DNA from: Paramecium tetraurelia
Lineage: Eukaryota
Length of the DNA: 64,000 bases
NCBI GenBank assembly: GCA_000165425.1
Contig: CT868374.1
Span: 1 to 64,000, forward strand
Direction of reading: 5' to 3'
Position 1 is the first letter of the stretch. The number at the start of each line of letters is the position of its first letter. The notes beneath the pieces were generated by a model. It saw only the letters and a program-made list of their open reading frames with translations. It was not told the origin of the DNA and searched no databases. The position numbers and the translations under genes are program-made. Positions 25,867-38,469 of the stretch are shown here, in pieces.

Positions 25867-28364
25867 TCATTAAAAATCGGAAGTTTAAGATTTCACTCTT
25901 TACATTATGTAAGGTGAGTTATTTTCTTTGATGGTTTCGTTTGAATTTAATTCAGAAATCTTATACAAGGCTTCTTGTAATGATTTAATAAAGACAGGCT
26001 TAATTACAACATGAATCATCCCGGCTTCAAAGCATTTTAAATGAGATTCATAGTCCTCATGAGCAGTACAACCTATTATGGGAATATAAGTAACAGAATT
26101 CGTGACAATCAATTCTTCTAATTGTGTTGTTGTTTCTATTCCATTCATTACTGGCATGTCTATATCCATCATTATCATATAAATTTATTCGTGATATTGC
26201 AGAACTAAATCTATACACTATTAACCATTGAAAGCTTTCAAAAATTTATTGAAGCCGATATTTTTCAACATTAAACATAAGGTTTCATGATTGAATGGTT
26301 CATCATCTACTACTAATACATATTTTTCTGTTTTTTGAAGTTATTAAATAGCTGAATCTGCTGAATGTATTTTTGAGCTTGTTTTCTAGCATTACTAATA
26401 ATCAATAGGCTTTTTCAATGATTTCAATTTTTGTCTTTGATGACAATATTTATGTTTATTATCTTTGATTTATAAAATACTAGGAATTTATGCAATTGGT
26501 TCAACATCTATTGTTTCTGTCTATTGCAAGGATGCAAATGAGTTATAAGATTTAAAATTAAATTATCTTTGTGATAATTGTTTGAATTTCGATATTCTTG
26601 GACTTTACTAAAAGCTGATTTTATTTAAACTTCTTAGGGATTTCTATTTATTTAAGCTGTTATTCTTTGATCTGCCAAGCGAACTTTCAGATTGTAAATC
26701 CAAAGTATCACTAATTGAAAAAGTAAAGAGCAATTAATTATTCTGCTGAATTCTCAATTATAATCTACTATTGTCTCCACTTAATAATTTTATTAATTTA
26801 TTCACCAGATATAAATTGATTCCTGAATTAATCCGATTATCAGCACATAATAATTTATTAGATTTGTTAGTTGTTGCACATTGATCTAATTATTTTAATT
26901 ATTCTGTTAATTGTTAAATTTACTCTTCATTTATTCCCGATCCATTTTCTATTATTGTAAAATAGGTAATTTTATTCAATTAATCCAATTTAATTTCCAA
27001 ACTGATACATCCCCCTTCGTCTGTATATCTATATGAAGTATTTAATATGTTTAGTAAGACGCGAATCAATTTATTGGAGTCTGTATAAATAAACCAATAT
27101 TTTGAATCCAATTTATCAAATATCTCATCATTAATTTTAAATTGAACATCTATCTTCTTTATTTTACATTAATTTTCTATTAAATCATATAATTCAGATA
27201 ACAAGGATTATAAATTTGTTTTGTTGCTCATAATAGTCAATTATTCAACCTCACATGACAAGTAATCAAGGATATCTTAGACCAAGTATAATTACAATCT
27301 ACAATTTAATAAGGCTGGCTATAAATATGACTATTTCACTTTTTCCATTATGTTTTCATCTTCATTGGCTGTGATTAAATGTCCGATAGCTCCATTTAAA
27401 GGAGTTTTCAATTTATGATTAAAAATATTTATAAGATTCTGTTTATATTTTGAAATCTTGTGATTTTACCAATTCGTATATCCATCTTCAATTTTGATAT
27501 AATATAAAAGATAGAAAGTATCTTTTTATAAATACTTAACTTGATATAATACTTTTTAATTATTATAGGGTTCATTAAGAACTGCCAATGCATAATATTA
27601 TCGATTATTCTTTAGAAATAGCAATAATTCTTTTGAAGATTTAAATATCATTTTGTTTTACGAGTTTTATTGGTTAGATTCCAGTGGTTAAAAATCATCG
27701 TTATTTAAGTAAAGCTTATAAAAGAGTTCTTATTCTTCAGTACACAAACGTATTTAATCTGACTTTGGGGAGTTTAAAACATTTTTTGAAGGGGCTTACC
27801 TGTTTACAATTAAGGAGTTCTTTTAATTAAAGGCAATATTATTGTAATTTCGATCAAATAATTAAAGAATGCAGTCTTATTTAAAATGTTTTATTAAAAG
27901 ACGAATACATTGATTAAAAGGTTTTTATTCGACATAAAAGGAATAGCCTTCATATATAAAAATAACAATTAATTCTATGCACTGATGTTCTTTAGCTTTT
28001 AGAGTTAATTTCCATAGTGAATCGACATAGTTGAATGCGATTTGAATTGAAAATAAAGAGAGAAAAATTAATTTTTAAGAGCCAATCTTTTTAAAAAGAT
28101 ATAATACTGGCCATGTAGAGGTTGGTCCAAATAAGATAATCTCCTTTCCATAATATAAAGTAATCATAATGCTGGATAGCTATTTCTTTTTCAGTAATAA
28201 CATACTTACTAAGATCAAATCATAATTATACCAATATTAGATAAAACTAATAGACTGGAAAGGATAACTTTAATTTATGAAAAATTCTGAAATGTATAGG
28301 CAAAATCAATAATGGATAATAGTGCTAGAGTAATTCTAACTCTTTTTTCCTTGGAAATATGCAT
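25867..28364 (-). CDS. Membrane hybrid histidine kinase (TM region, HisKA, HATPase-like, receiver) with degenerate catalytic motifs
   Basis: H-box FNHKLKTPLNGAIGHL; N-box RVLLNILNTSYRYT; G1 IENGSGI; G2 NSGINLYLVNKLIKLLSG. Receiver VLVVDDEPFNH...MIMMDIDMPVMNG...IIGCTA...VVIKPV. Confidence 0.88.
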
Positions 28365-28384
28365 TTAATAAATAAATTTATATA

Positions 28385-30176
28385 ATGTCGACCTTTACGT
28401 TGTATGAAGATTATACTCCTCCTTCTTGGTCAATGAGGCCTAAGCTTCCTTTCTATTTAGAGGTATTGAAGAATGGAGTATTAATTTAACAGAAGAAAAT
28501 TGACAATGTATTTACAACATTAACTTAAATAGAAAGCTATGTATTTGATAGGGAAGAACGAAAAAATATGCGATATCGTATTGGATAATCCTACAATAAG
28601 TAGAAAGCATGCAGTATTGCAATCAAAGAATACAAATGAATTTTACTTATATGATTTGGGGAGTACTCATGGAACATTTGTCAATAATGTTAGAATTCCA
28701 ACTAAATTATTCCATAAATTAAAACCATATGATCAATTGAAGTTCGGATAAAGTTTAAGAATGTATATTTTGAGATGTGAGGACCTAGAGAAAGAAGTAA
28801 TTTATTAAATAAATAAATAGGATGCAAATGTATAAGAATAGGAATTACAAAAGAAATTAGATAAAAGAAATGCCAAAAGAGAATTTAAAACAGTTAAGGA
28901 ACATTATTTGAATCTGTTGTATTAGAATCCATTGTACAGACATATGAAACCTAGAGTATAAATTTGATTTATTAATAAATAGAAGAAAGAAGAATCGGAG
29001 ATAGAAGGTATAGATTGGGGAATCGATGATGAACAAGAAGTTTATAGATATCATTAGGAATAAGAGTATCCATTGGAGCCTGAATTATTGCTTTAATTAC
29101 CTGGATTATCGGAATAATTGATAGATAAAATCAATAAATATAGTGAAAAGTTATCAACTTATCGTTAATAATAAGAAGAGTTGGATAATTTGCTTGTGAA
29201 GGAGAGAAAGAATTTTGGTTTGGATGAATAATCGGGCAGAAATAAATGTGATTTAGAAACTAAAGTCTAGGAATTGGGATCTGAATTGGAAAGTTTGGAA
29301 GTTGGTTTGAAATTTGTGTTGTTTGGTGATAGGGTCTAGAAGATTAATAAATTTGAATAGTAAGCTGAAGTGAGTTCAGAAGAAGAAGATGAATTCTATG
29401 ATAACACTTTGAAGAAAAAAGTAAATACCCAAGAAGTTTAATAAGTAAATAACGAAATTAAAGTAGAAAAAACTACTGAATCATATTAACAACTCAAAAA
29501 AAGATTAGAGTAATTAATTGAGGAAAGGGATCTCTTAAATAATGAATTATTAAACATTTAAAGGAATGAAGAAAAAGAAATTGACGAAGAAGATGAATTA
29601 GATAATTATATGAAATAAACAGCCATCTCAATTGCATAATAAGAAAGACCTAAATTATTGGATAAATTGAAATCTGTTATTGATAATATAACTAAAGTTT
29701 CAGAGCAATTGAAATTTGTTAAACCGGATATTAAATTGTCATTTTTCAATGATGAAGAAGAGGAAAATCCTGCTGAAGCTGAAAATAACACTCAAGTGAA
29801 ACCAAATCAAAATCTATAATCAAATGATCAAGTCAAATCTAGTAATACTACTACTACCTTTGAGTAATTGAAAAAATTAAAAGAACAAGCAGAGAAGGAA
29901 TAGGATGAAGAAGAAGACGAAGAGATGATCTTAGAAAAGGCAAGGAGATTCTTTGAGAAGGAAGCAGAAAAGGAAAGTCAAAGAGATAAATAAAAGATGA
30001 AACAACTTAAAGAATAGTAAAAGGTTCAAGAAATATTGCAATAATATGATAAAGAATAATAGGAGTTGATATAATAACAATAGAAATAGGCACCAAAACC
30101 AAAGCCCCACTCTAGAAATTATAGGGATACTGAAGTTGAAAAGGATGATTATATTGATATCACCAAGTTTTAATGA
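28385..30176 (+). CDS. FHA-domain protein, kanadaptin (SLC4A1AP)-like
   Basis: YTPPSWS...FYLEVLKNG, CDIVLDNPTISRKHAVLQ, LYDLGSTHGTFVN, KFGQSLRMYIL, IDWGIDDE, EEEDEFYDNT and coiled coils. Confidence 0.8.
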
Positions 30177-30178
30177 AA

Positions 30179-30795
30179 TCATTTATATTATAATTGTAAT
30201 TAATTCATAACTTTTTATAATTTACCTACAAACTATTCTAGTTCTTCTTTGGTCATCTCAAATCTAATCTTCTTTTTATTGGCTATATTATCTAAAGTTT
30301 GCAAATGCAATTCCACTATTATTGTGGGAATCTACGACTTGGCTATTTTATTGGATGATATTGTTAACTATATAGAATTATTAGAATGTACATTCAAATT
30401 CCAATTGTAATCAATTAGTACGTATTTGGATAATGCAATATGTGTGTACAATGCTTATTTGCACATTCCTTTAAAGTTCTCAGTTATTATTCTGGTGAAA
30501 ATCTAGTGTTTTTCTGCATCTATTTATGTTTTTAATTTGTCCAATAATCTTTAGACCTGATTATAATATTGAGTTGTACTTCTTCTCTGTTTTGATTATT
30601 CATTTCCAACAAGTATTCACTGAACTACTGCATAAATTATTGGGCCTCCACAATTAGATTATAATGGTTAATTTCAGGGAATTGACTCAAATAAGGTAAT
30701 TTAATTCCATGGACACAGTCAGCCACAAGATCTTCAATGAATTTCTCAAATTGGTTATTATCTGTGAACACACTGAATACCTATGGCAAATTCAT
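30179..30795 (-). CDS. COMM-domain protein
   Basis: C-terminal LIDYNWNLN|LTISSNKIAKSQIPTIKVELHL...KIRFEMTKEELEQFVGKLQ matches the COMM W...SS...P...FE...L pattern. Confidence 0.8.
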
Positions 30796-30842
30796 AAAAA
30801 TAATTTATATAAATCAATATATTATTGATTTTTAAAACTTTC

Positions 30843-31949
30843 ATGAGTCAAGAATAATACAAATGGAATGAATTGTTATGGAAACCCATTGTTCGACCTC
30901 CAAGACATCGTTATAATCTTAAAGATCTTGGGAACGAAACATTTAAAGTGCAAGATACAATCACAAGAAGAACAGACTTTGAAATACATAATAATCGAAA
31001 CTAGAAACTATAATGTAGGTGAGAATATTCATTCTAATTAGTTTATTTGAGCCTCTGAGAATGTAAGAAAAACCTCATCCTTGTATGATATACTTACATG
31101 GTAATTCTAGTAGTAGAATTGAATCATTCACTATTATTGAATATCTAATCCCTGCAAACATTTCAGTTTGCGGCATAGATTTGTCTGGTATCTTTAATTT
31201 AGTGAATAAGGTTCTGGATTATCAGAGGGTGAATATATCTCCTTGGGATTTCACGAGTCTAAGGACGTTATTTGCTTATATGATTACTTGAGAGAAAACA
31301 AAGTAAATATCTAATAATATATAAGTTTCATAGGGATATCTCACATCTATAGGTTTATGGGGTAGATCAATGGGTTCTGTGACAGCCATTTTAGCAGCCC
31401 ATAATAACTATGAATTTAAAGTTTTGGTTTGTGATAGTCCGTTCTCTAATTTAACTTTACTATGCAAGGAATTAGCAAAGGCTAATTACAAAATTCCAAA
31501 TTGTTGTTTTAATTGTTTTTGGTGCTGCGTAAAATCTAAAATTCATTAAGAAGTTAAATTTAATATTGATGAATTGAATATAGTTCAAATCATATAAGGT
31601 AATAACTAAATAATAATCAGTTTTACCCTAGGATGTCCAAATATTATTTTTATCTGCCCAACAAGATGATTTGATAAGAGAGAGTCATCCTAAATTGTTA
31701 ATGAAATTATTTCCTGGTGAAAATAAAGAATTGTTTAGTTTTGAAGGCACTCATAATTCCAGAAGACCTGCCAAAATATTGCAAGAGTCCGTTCGGTTTG
31801 TATGCAAGGCTTTTGGTTAAAAGGCTTGGACTGAAGTTTAGATAACAAACACTACCAAATACTCATAAACTTAACTATCAAAATAAATACCTTTGCTTAA
31901 GGGAGACAGAAAAAGTGTACAACCCTACATAGAAAAAAGTGAATATTGA
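30843..31949 (+). CDS. Alpha/beta-hydrolase (serine hydrolase)
   Basis: IVRPPRHRY, IYLHGNSSSR, GSGLSEGEYISLG, nucleophile elbow LWGRSMG, DSPFSNL, DDLI, EGTHNS. Confidence 0.9.
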
Positions 31950-32259
31950 TGATTAATTTAAATATAATTAATATTTGATTTTGAATTAGAGGCTTAGCAT
32001 ATTAGAATGCTTAATTTGGATATTGTAATATTGAAAATCTATTCAATTCTTCAACAATAATACCTGGAATCCGTTATAAATGATGATTCAATGATGGAAC
32101 TGAATCCACTATATGCTTCCAATGTAAATAATATGTCAGAATTAATAACAATCAATAATCGAGGAGGGGTACTCCAAGAGAAAACTTAGATAATTTGTTT
32201 TTTTGGTAAAGGAAATGGTGATATACTTTATGAATAATATATATAAAATAATTAAAACT

Positions 32260-33372
32260 ATGGATAGTCTTTACTCAAAATATATCGTCCCTATGTAACC
32301 AGAGAAAAATTAATCCTAATCTCCGAATTCATAAGTAGCATTCAACAACATTCAAGTAAATTTCATTTAGATTTTAGTAATTACTTGAAGATTACAGTCC
32401 TTCAAATCGTAAACTCAGCTTTTCTGAATACAGAGGTTAAGAACTAAAAGACTCATAGCAACTGTCCAGTCAAAACAAATTGAGTCAAGATTTCCCAAGC
32501 GAGTTCGTCAATTCTCAAGTGAGAAATTATGATTTATCATAATACTAGATCAAAAAAGAATAAATTAGCATTGATATGAATAAAAAAGAGTAGTAGGACT
32601 TTTAATTCTTGAAAGACGATTAGCTGATGTAAACCAATACTATCATTGAATCGCCAACAAAGATAAATGGAGATGATTCGCCAAAGAAGAATAAATTTAA
32701 AGCCTTCGGGAATTTACTACTGAGTATTAGAAGAATGTAATAGAACATAGTGGAACATATTTCTAATCTAGTATAATAATTAAATATGTTATTAGGATTA
32801 ATTAAAAGAAACAATGATACAACCATCCACCAACATGAATGTGTCTAAAATACATCCAGAACCCTCATCAAGAGATTGTGAAAATATAAATGAAATCTTA
32901 TCAAACTTGAAATTAGTAGATAGATTCATTTATTATTGTGAATAAGGTTCCTAATCAGATATTCAAAATATGATCAAATTATTAAAAGTGTATCCAAAAA
33001 AGTAAATATAATTATATATATCTAAGACACTTGTATTGTCCTACTGATCCGAAACATATACTAAATTCGTTCAATAAGTTTGGATAGAACTCTTTATACA
33101 TATCATGCAAAAATGGCAATATTGAAGTTATCAAATTCTTATTAGATTAATAAGCCAATCCTTTTATAAAAAGCAAAGTCTATGAAAACTTTTATGAATC
33201 TCCTTTAGAAGTCTCAATTAGATGGAATCATTACAATTGTGTTCAATTATTACTAGATAAATCTAACTATTCAAATAAAGAGTTAAAAGCAGCCATTCGA
33301 TAAACTTCAAATCCTCAAATAAAATAACTCATTAAATCAAATCTCAAAGCAGACACTCTTTGCTGTTTTTGA
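32260..33372 (+). CDS. Ankyrin-repeat protein ending in ...LCCF
   Basis: FGQNSLYISCKNGNIEVIKFLLDQQANP and ESPLEVSIRWNHYNCVQLLL. Confidence 0.78.
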
Positions 33373-33417
33373 TAAATAAACAATCATTATTCTCTATATA
33401 TAAAATATTATTATAAT

Positions 33418-36119
33418 TCAGTCCAAGTTAATACTCCATAAGGCACCACATATACCTAAATAATAGATAAATCCATTAAATTATATCGAATCAACTACAT
33501 AATCATTCATTATTTATGGTTTCTCTTAAATAGGTTGCAGACAAGAATCAAAGAAATTGTGAACATGCTTAAAAACTTGGCATTAATTTTTTGTATTAAA
33601 TAATTACCATGTTGTTTAAAGCATTTGCATTCTCAAATGTTCAGAAACATCAATAGGAGAATAAATTTTCTACATAGCGATTAATAATATACTTTATTTA
33701 ATTTTAATTAAGTTGCTCCATTGACTTTAAATAACTTTAGTTGTATAATTGCAATTCCTGCATATTAAATCAATAGATTCAATACCAATAATGATTCAGA
33801 ATGTTATTCAATAACTATCTAGGTAATTTCTTCCTCCTTACAAATATTCTTATCTGGATAGATGGCTTAAAATTACAATAATAGTTCAAATTTATTTAGT
33901 GAATAGATAGCTACCAAATTTTGATATGTTAATATTATGATATCATTAGACAATCTTACTTATTAGAATTTGTACTCCTCCTTACTATAATGTATTTTAT
34001 AATCTATTTGTCCATTTTGGTGAGCCTTAATAATCCAAACCGAAGAGTCATTTAATAATAAGACTACATTCTCCTTTTAAACATCTGCAACCAATACCCA
34101 TTTTTGTAATTGTCCAAAATCTTGAATTCTTTCAAAAGAATCTTCAAAATATCTATAGACAGAATACTAAGTGATAAGTATGTTATCCTTTAATAATAAA
34201 ATTTATTCTTTTTTTGGAAATAGATTTATCTCTAAGTACCCTATTTCTTATTCTCTCAATGTTACTTTCGCCAAAGTTTGATCATTTAATAAATAAAGTT
34301 CATTGGTATTACTTAAAAATAGTGAATCATTTTCTTTAACTGATATGTAATAGTCATTGATGCCTTCCATCACTTAGTATTTATTTGTTCCTTACTGTAA
34401 AATAGTTACAAGATATAAATTGTTGAAAATTTAAATTTCTTATACAATATTATTGATGCCAATTGGATTATTTTTGATTTTGACTTTCAATTCATTATCA
34501 AATATATAAAACTGTCCATCTTAACAAATTACTTGATATTCTTTTCTAATATTATCGTAATTAATAATCACAGCTATAGAATTTAGTGAATATTATTGCA
34601 GGGGAAATTCAGTTCCTTCTTCTTAAAATTCAAATTTTGACTGAGTTAATGAACAATCAAATCTGCAAATTGTCAGATACTCTTGGTCAATATGATAACT
34701 ACTTAAGTCCAGTAATTATTTAGATTATGCTCTAAATACTAATTTATTTTGATCAACTTTATATATTTGAATATAACCACTTCCATTGAATAGAGAGAAT
34801 TGATTCTATTAATAATGAGATTTTATTTAAATAGCTTGTTGATTAATTTGATCTCTCAATTACAACTATTCATTTGATATCTGATACAATTACAACACTT
34901 AATCATTTGACAATATAATGTATTAGTTTTCTAGGAGCGTGCAGTGGTTTATCTAGCTTTCGTAATCTAAAACTTATAATGGCGTAGTATTTTAATATAA
35001 TTAGATTTGATTAGTGGTTACAATTAATAGATATTGATTAACCTCAAAAATTTATTTGATCTTTAATTTTTGAGTAAAATTAGTAATAATTTGCCTTGAT
35101 TCAATATTTTTAATATTCTTAAGTACAAATGGTTTACTAAAATCATTGTACTTCTTAATCGCATACAAATTATTTTGAAATTCAAAAAGGTTAGTCATAC
35201 CTATACACAATTATATTTGAAAATTTAACACGAAATTAGAATCATAGACTGAGATTCCATCCTATGAAACTACAACTAATTATTCGTTATTAATTAAATA
35301 AGAGAGTTGAATGTTCTCAACATTTAACTTTATGACGTTGAAGTGATTGCCTACCTTTTATTCAATCTTTTATGTTATTAAGTCGATTTAACCATTTTCC
35401 TGAACTAATAGATATTGATTCTTGCTTGTTCCATATTCTAATACATCAATTATTTTATTATTTATTAATTTTGAATAATTATTTAGTTCCTCAAATGGAT
35501 CTAATTAGTAAAATAAAAGTGTTGAATAAGAATAGAGGACCATGATATTATTACTTATAAATAATTTAGATATGTTTGAAAATCGTTAAATTTATTTGTT
35601 TTCGAGTAAACAGATCTCCTATTCAGATTCAAAATCATGTTATATCAATTTTTTTGTTGTATAATAAAATATTAATGTATGGCCTTCTATTTCCTCTACG
35701 CTTATAACTTTTGCATCCTTTCTTTTAAAATTCTTTTCTTCTTAAATACTTAAGTTGATTATGATCATTCCTTATATATAATCTGATACAAAGAGGAAAT
35801 TCTTAGCATAAAATAATTTATATGGCATCTTCATCTACCCTTTCAAACTCATTCTTTAAGTGACTTAATGAATTTTAGGTTGATACAATTCAACCTATCC
35901 AGTTTCATATAATATGGCGATTTGAAATTAGTTAAGTGGATATTTAATCGGAACTGCATCAACTATTTTTTCTTTAGCTTAATAAATTAGATTTAAGTCT
36001 TTGTCTTTTAATTGTACTAATGAGTATTCTTAAACAACAATTATTTCAGATATATTTTTGCTATTCTTATCTGAAATAATCTTAATTATTTGTGAAGGCT
36101 ATTTTAATTGTTTCATCAT
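33418..36119 (-). CDS. Large beta-rich protein, possibly a divergent DDB1/SF3B3/CPSF1-type propeller
   Basis: Long code-6 reading frame. N-terminus MMKQLKQPSQIIKIISDK...SEIIVVQE and ILYETGQVELY loosely resemble that family; the assignment is tentative. Confidence 0.55.
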
Positions 36120-36707
36120 TAATAACTTAAATCTATAAATATATTTATATATAAAATGTTAATAATGAGAAAATATTAATTATAGTATAAAAATAATTAA
36201 GGTTTCTTTTCCCGAAAATTAAATAATTAGAACTGATTTAAAGAATAATTCTACTTTCTGCCTCATAAGTACTTCATTAGTAAAGTTGTGAAAGCAATTT
36301 CAATACAATTTAGATGAAAATATTATTTTAGGAGTATCAATACCATAGAAGTAGGGTTATGCATCTGAAAATATAGAGAGGATTTCTTGAAACAGGATTG
36401 AATTCGTACAATTTTTACTCTTAGTGGAATAGAAAGATATTATCTCAGATAAAGAAGATTTTTATTTATATACATATATCAATTATATAATTTTCAAATA
36501 GTATTATTTCTACATCTGCTATAGAGATTATTGAGACAATAGTTTATTTTATACAACAATAAATGATAATTTGATGATTAGCGCATAAGGTATAAAATAA
36601 CTAAGTGAATTGATTAAAGAAATGCGATTAAGTTTAATTAGATATTTTTGATACTTTCTGGAAGATCGAGAATTTATTAATAATTATAAATTTTATTTAA
36701 ATACATA

Positions 36708-38183
36708 ATGGTGAAGAAAGCTGCCCCAAAGAAATAAGAGACTAAAAAAGCTCCAATTAGAAGAACAAGAACTATATAGGCTTTAATAAAAGATAATGAA
36801 AATATTGTACATGAAAAATTGGGATAGACTAGAAGTAAAAGTAATGGTAAATATCTCTTTTATGACTAAGGTGTGTAATAAAAAAAGATTACCAAATAGA
36901 CATAAGAAGTTAAATAAAAGAAAGTAGTAAATGAAAAAGAAAGGAGTGCGCCCAAAAAGAATTCAAATTAAAAAGAAGAAAAATAACCAATTAAAGATGA
37001 TACCAAATAAAAAAAATAGCCAGAAAAATAAGAAGATAAAAAGAAGACAGAAACAAAATAAAATGTGAAACCTGTTTAAAAAAAAGTAATAAGTAAAAAA
37101 AAAAGTACTCCAAAAAAAAGTCCTGTAAAAAAAAGTACAACTAAAAAAACTCCAGTTAAAGCTAATAACGCCAAAGAAGATACGAAACCTAAAGCAGCTG
37201 AAAAGAAAAATGAAAAAGAAGTAACTATGAGTGAAAAAAAAGTAGAAGAAAAATCTGAAAAAAAAAATAATGAAAAAAGTGAAAAAAAAGTGATCGATAA
37301 ATCAGAGAAAAAAGTTGTTGATAAATCAGATAAAAAAGCAAATGATAAAAGCGAGAAGAAGGCTGTTGAGAAATCAGATAAGAAAAGTGGAAAAAAAGAA
37401 TAATAAAAAGAATAATAAGAATAAAAATAAACAGAATCTGCTAAGTTACCAAGAAGAACTGAAAGCAAAGCAGCAGCTGGCATTGTTGATGTCGTATTTT
37501 GTGTAGACACTACCTCCTCTATGTCTCAGTATATTAATTAAACCAAAGTAAATCTTTCTTTATTTATATAGAATACCGTAAAAGAAATTATTAAAAACAT
37601 TAAAAATAAAGCGTCAAATGAAGATATTAGTGTTAAATTTGGATTTGTATGTTATAGAGATCATCCACCCTAAGACCAAACCTATGTAACCAAGATTTAG
37701 GATCTATGTGGAGAAGATGAAATTATTAAATTTATAGATTAACAAAATGCTGATGGAGGTGGAGATACACCAGAGGCTGTCTTGGATGGATTGTATGATG
37801 CAGCAAAAAAGATTGAATGGAGAGATGCCACTCGCACACCTTCATTAAGATACATCTTTCATGTTGCTGATGCTCCTCCCCATGGAAAAGAGTTTACTGA
37901 TTAAACATCACAATGGCCTAATGGAGTTCCGTATTATATTATCATTTATTTTAGATCTGGGGTTAACTTAGATAAAGTATCTCATGTAATCAACATTAGA
38001 GAAATTCATTATAGATTGATTAATGTCAATCAAACAGATATACTAGACAAAATGAAGAAGTTATTCAAGGAAAAATTTACTAATTATGAAGAAACAGATT
38101 TGACTAATGCTAAGGAAATGGATTTCAAAGTTAGTGATATGATCATCAGAGAATTATTACCCGATGTCGATTATAATGATTGA
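36708..38183 (+). CDS. vWA-domain protein (alpha-kinase VwkA-type vWA) with Lys/Glu-rich N-terminal half
   Basis: VDVVFCVDTTSSM (MIDAS), FVCYRDHPPQD, ADGGGDTPEAVLDGL, FHVADAPPHG. N-terminal EKK/DKSEKK repeats. Confidence 0.88.
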
Positions 38184-38253
38184 ATCTTCATCGCCATATA
38201 AACAATTATATTTTGTTAAAGAAAGATATCTATAATGATTAAAAGCATTCTTA

Positions 38254-38469
38254 TCATCTCAATTAAATAGTGGGGGAGATCTTTAATTGATTCCATACAA
38301 GAAGTTATGAGTTCCCTTATCTTTTCTAAGGATATAATGCATCAGTAATGTCTATAAGAGGGATACGATTCATTCTTTATTTATGAAATCCCTGTTACTC
38401 TTAGTAAACTTTGTTCTCCTTGTTTTGATTATCAACTTCTATTTAAATTTTTAACTATTTTGAGTTCAT
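38254..38469 (-). CDS. 71-aa microprotein with KEN box, D-box and C-terminal LR
   Basis: Intronless ATG..TGA: MNSKQLKIQIEVDNQNKENKVYQEQQGFHKQRMNRIPLIDITDALYPQKRQGNSQLLVWNQLKISPTIQLR. Confidence 0.72.

Noticed and set aside
37076..37510. Phe/Ser-rich membrane-like minus-strand ORF
   Set aside because: Antisense shadow of the Lys/Glu-rich part of the vWA gene.
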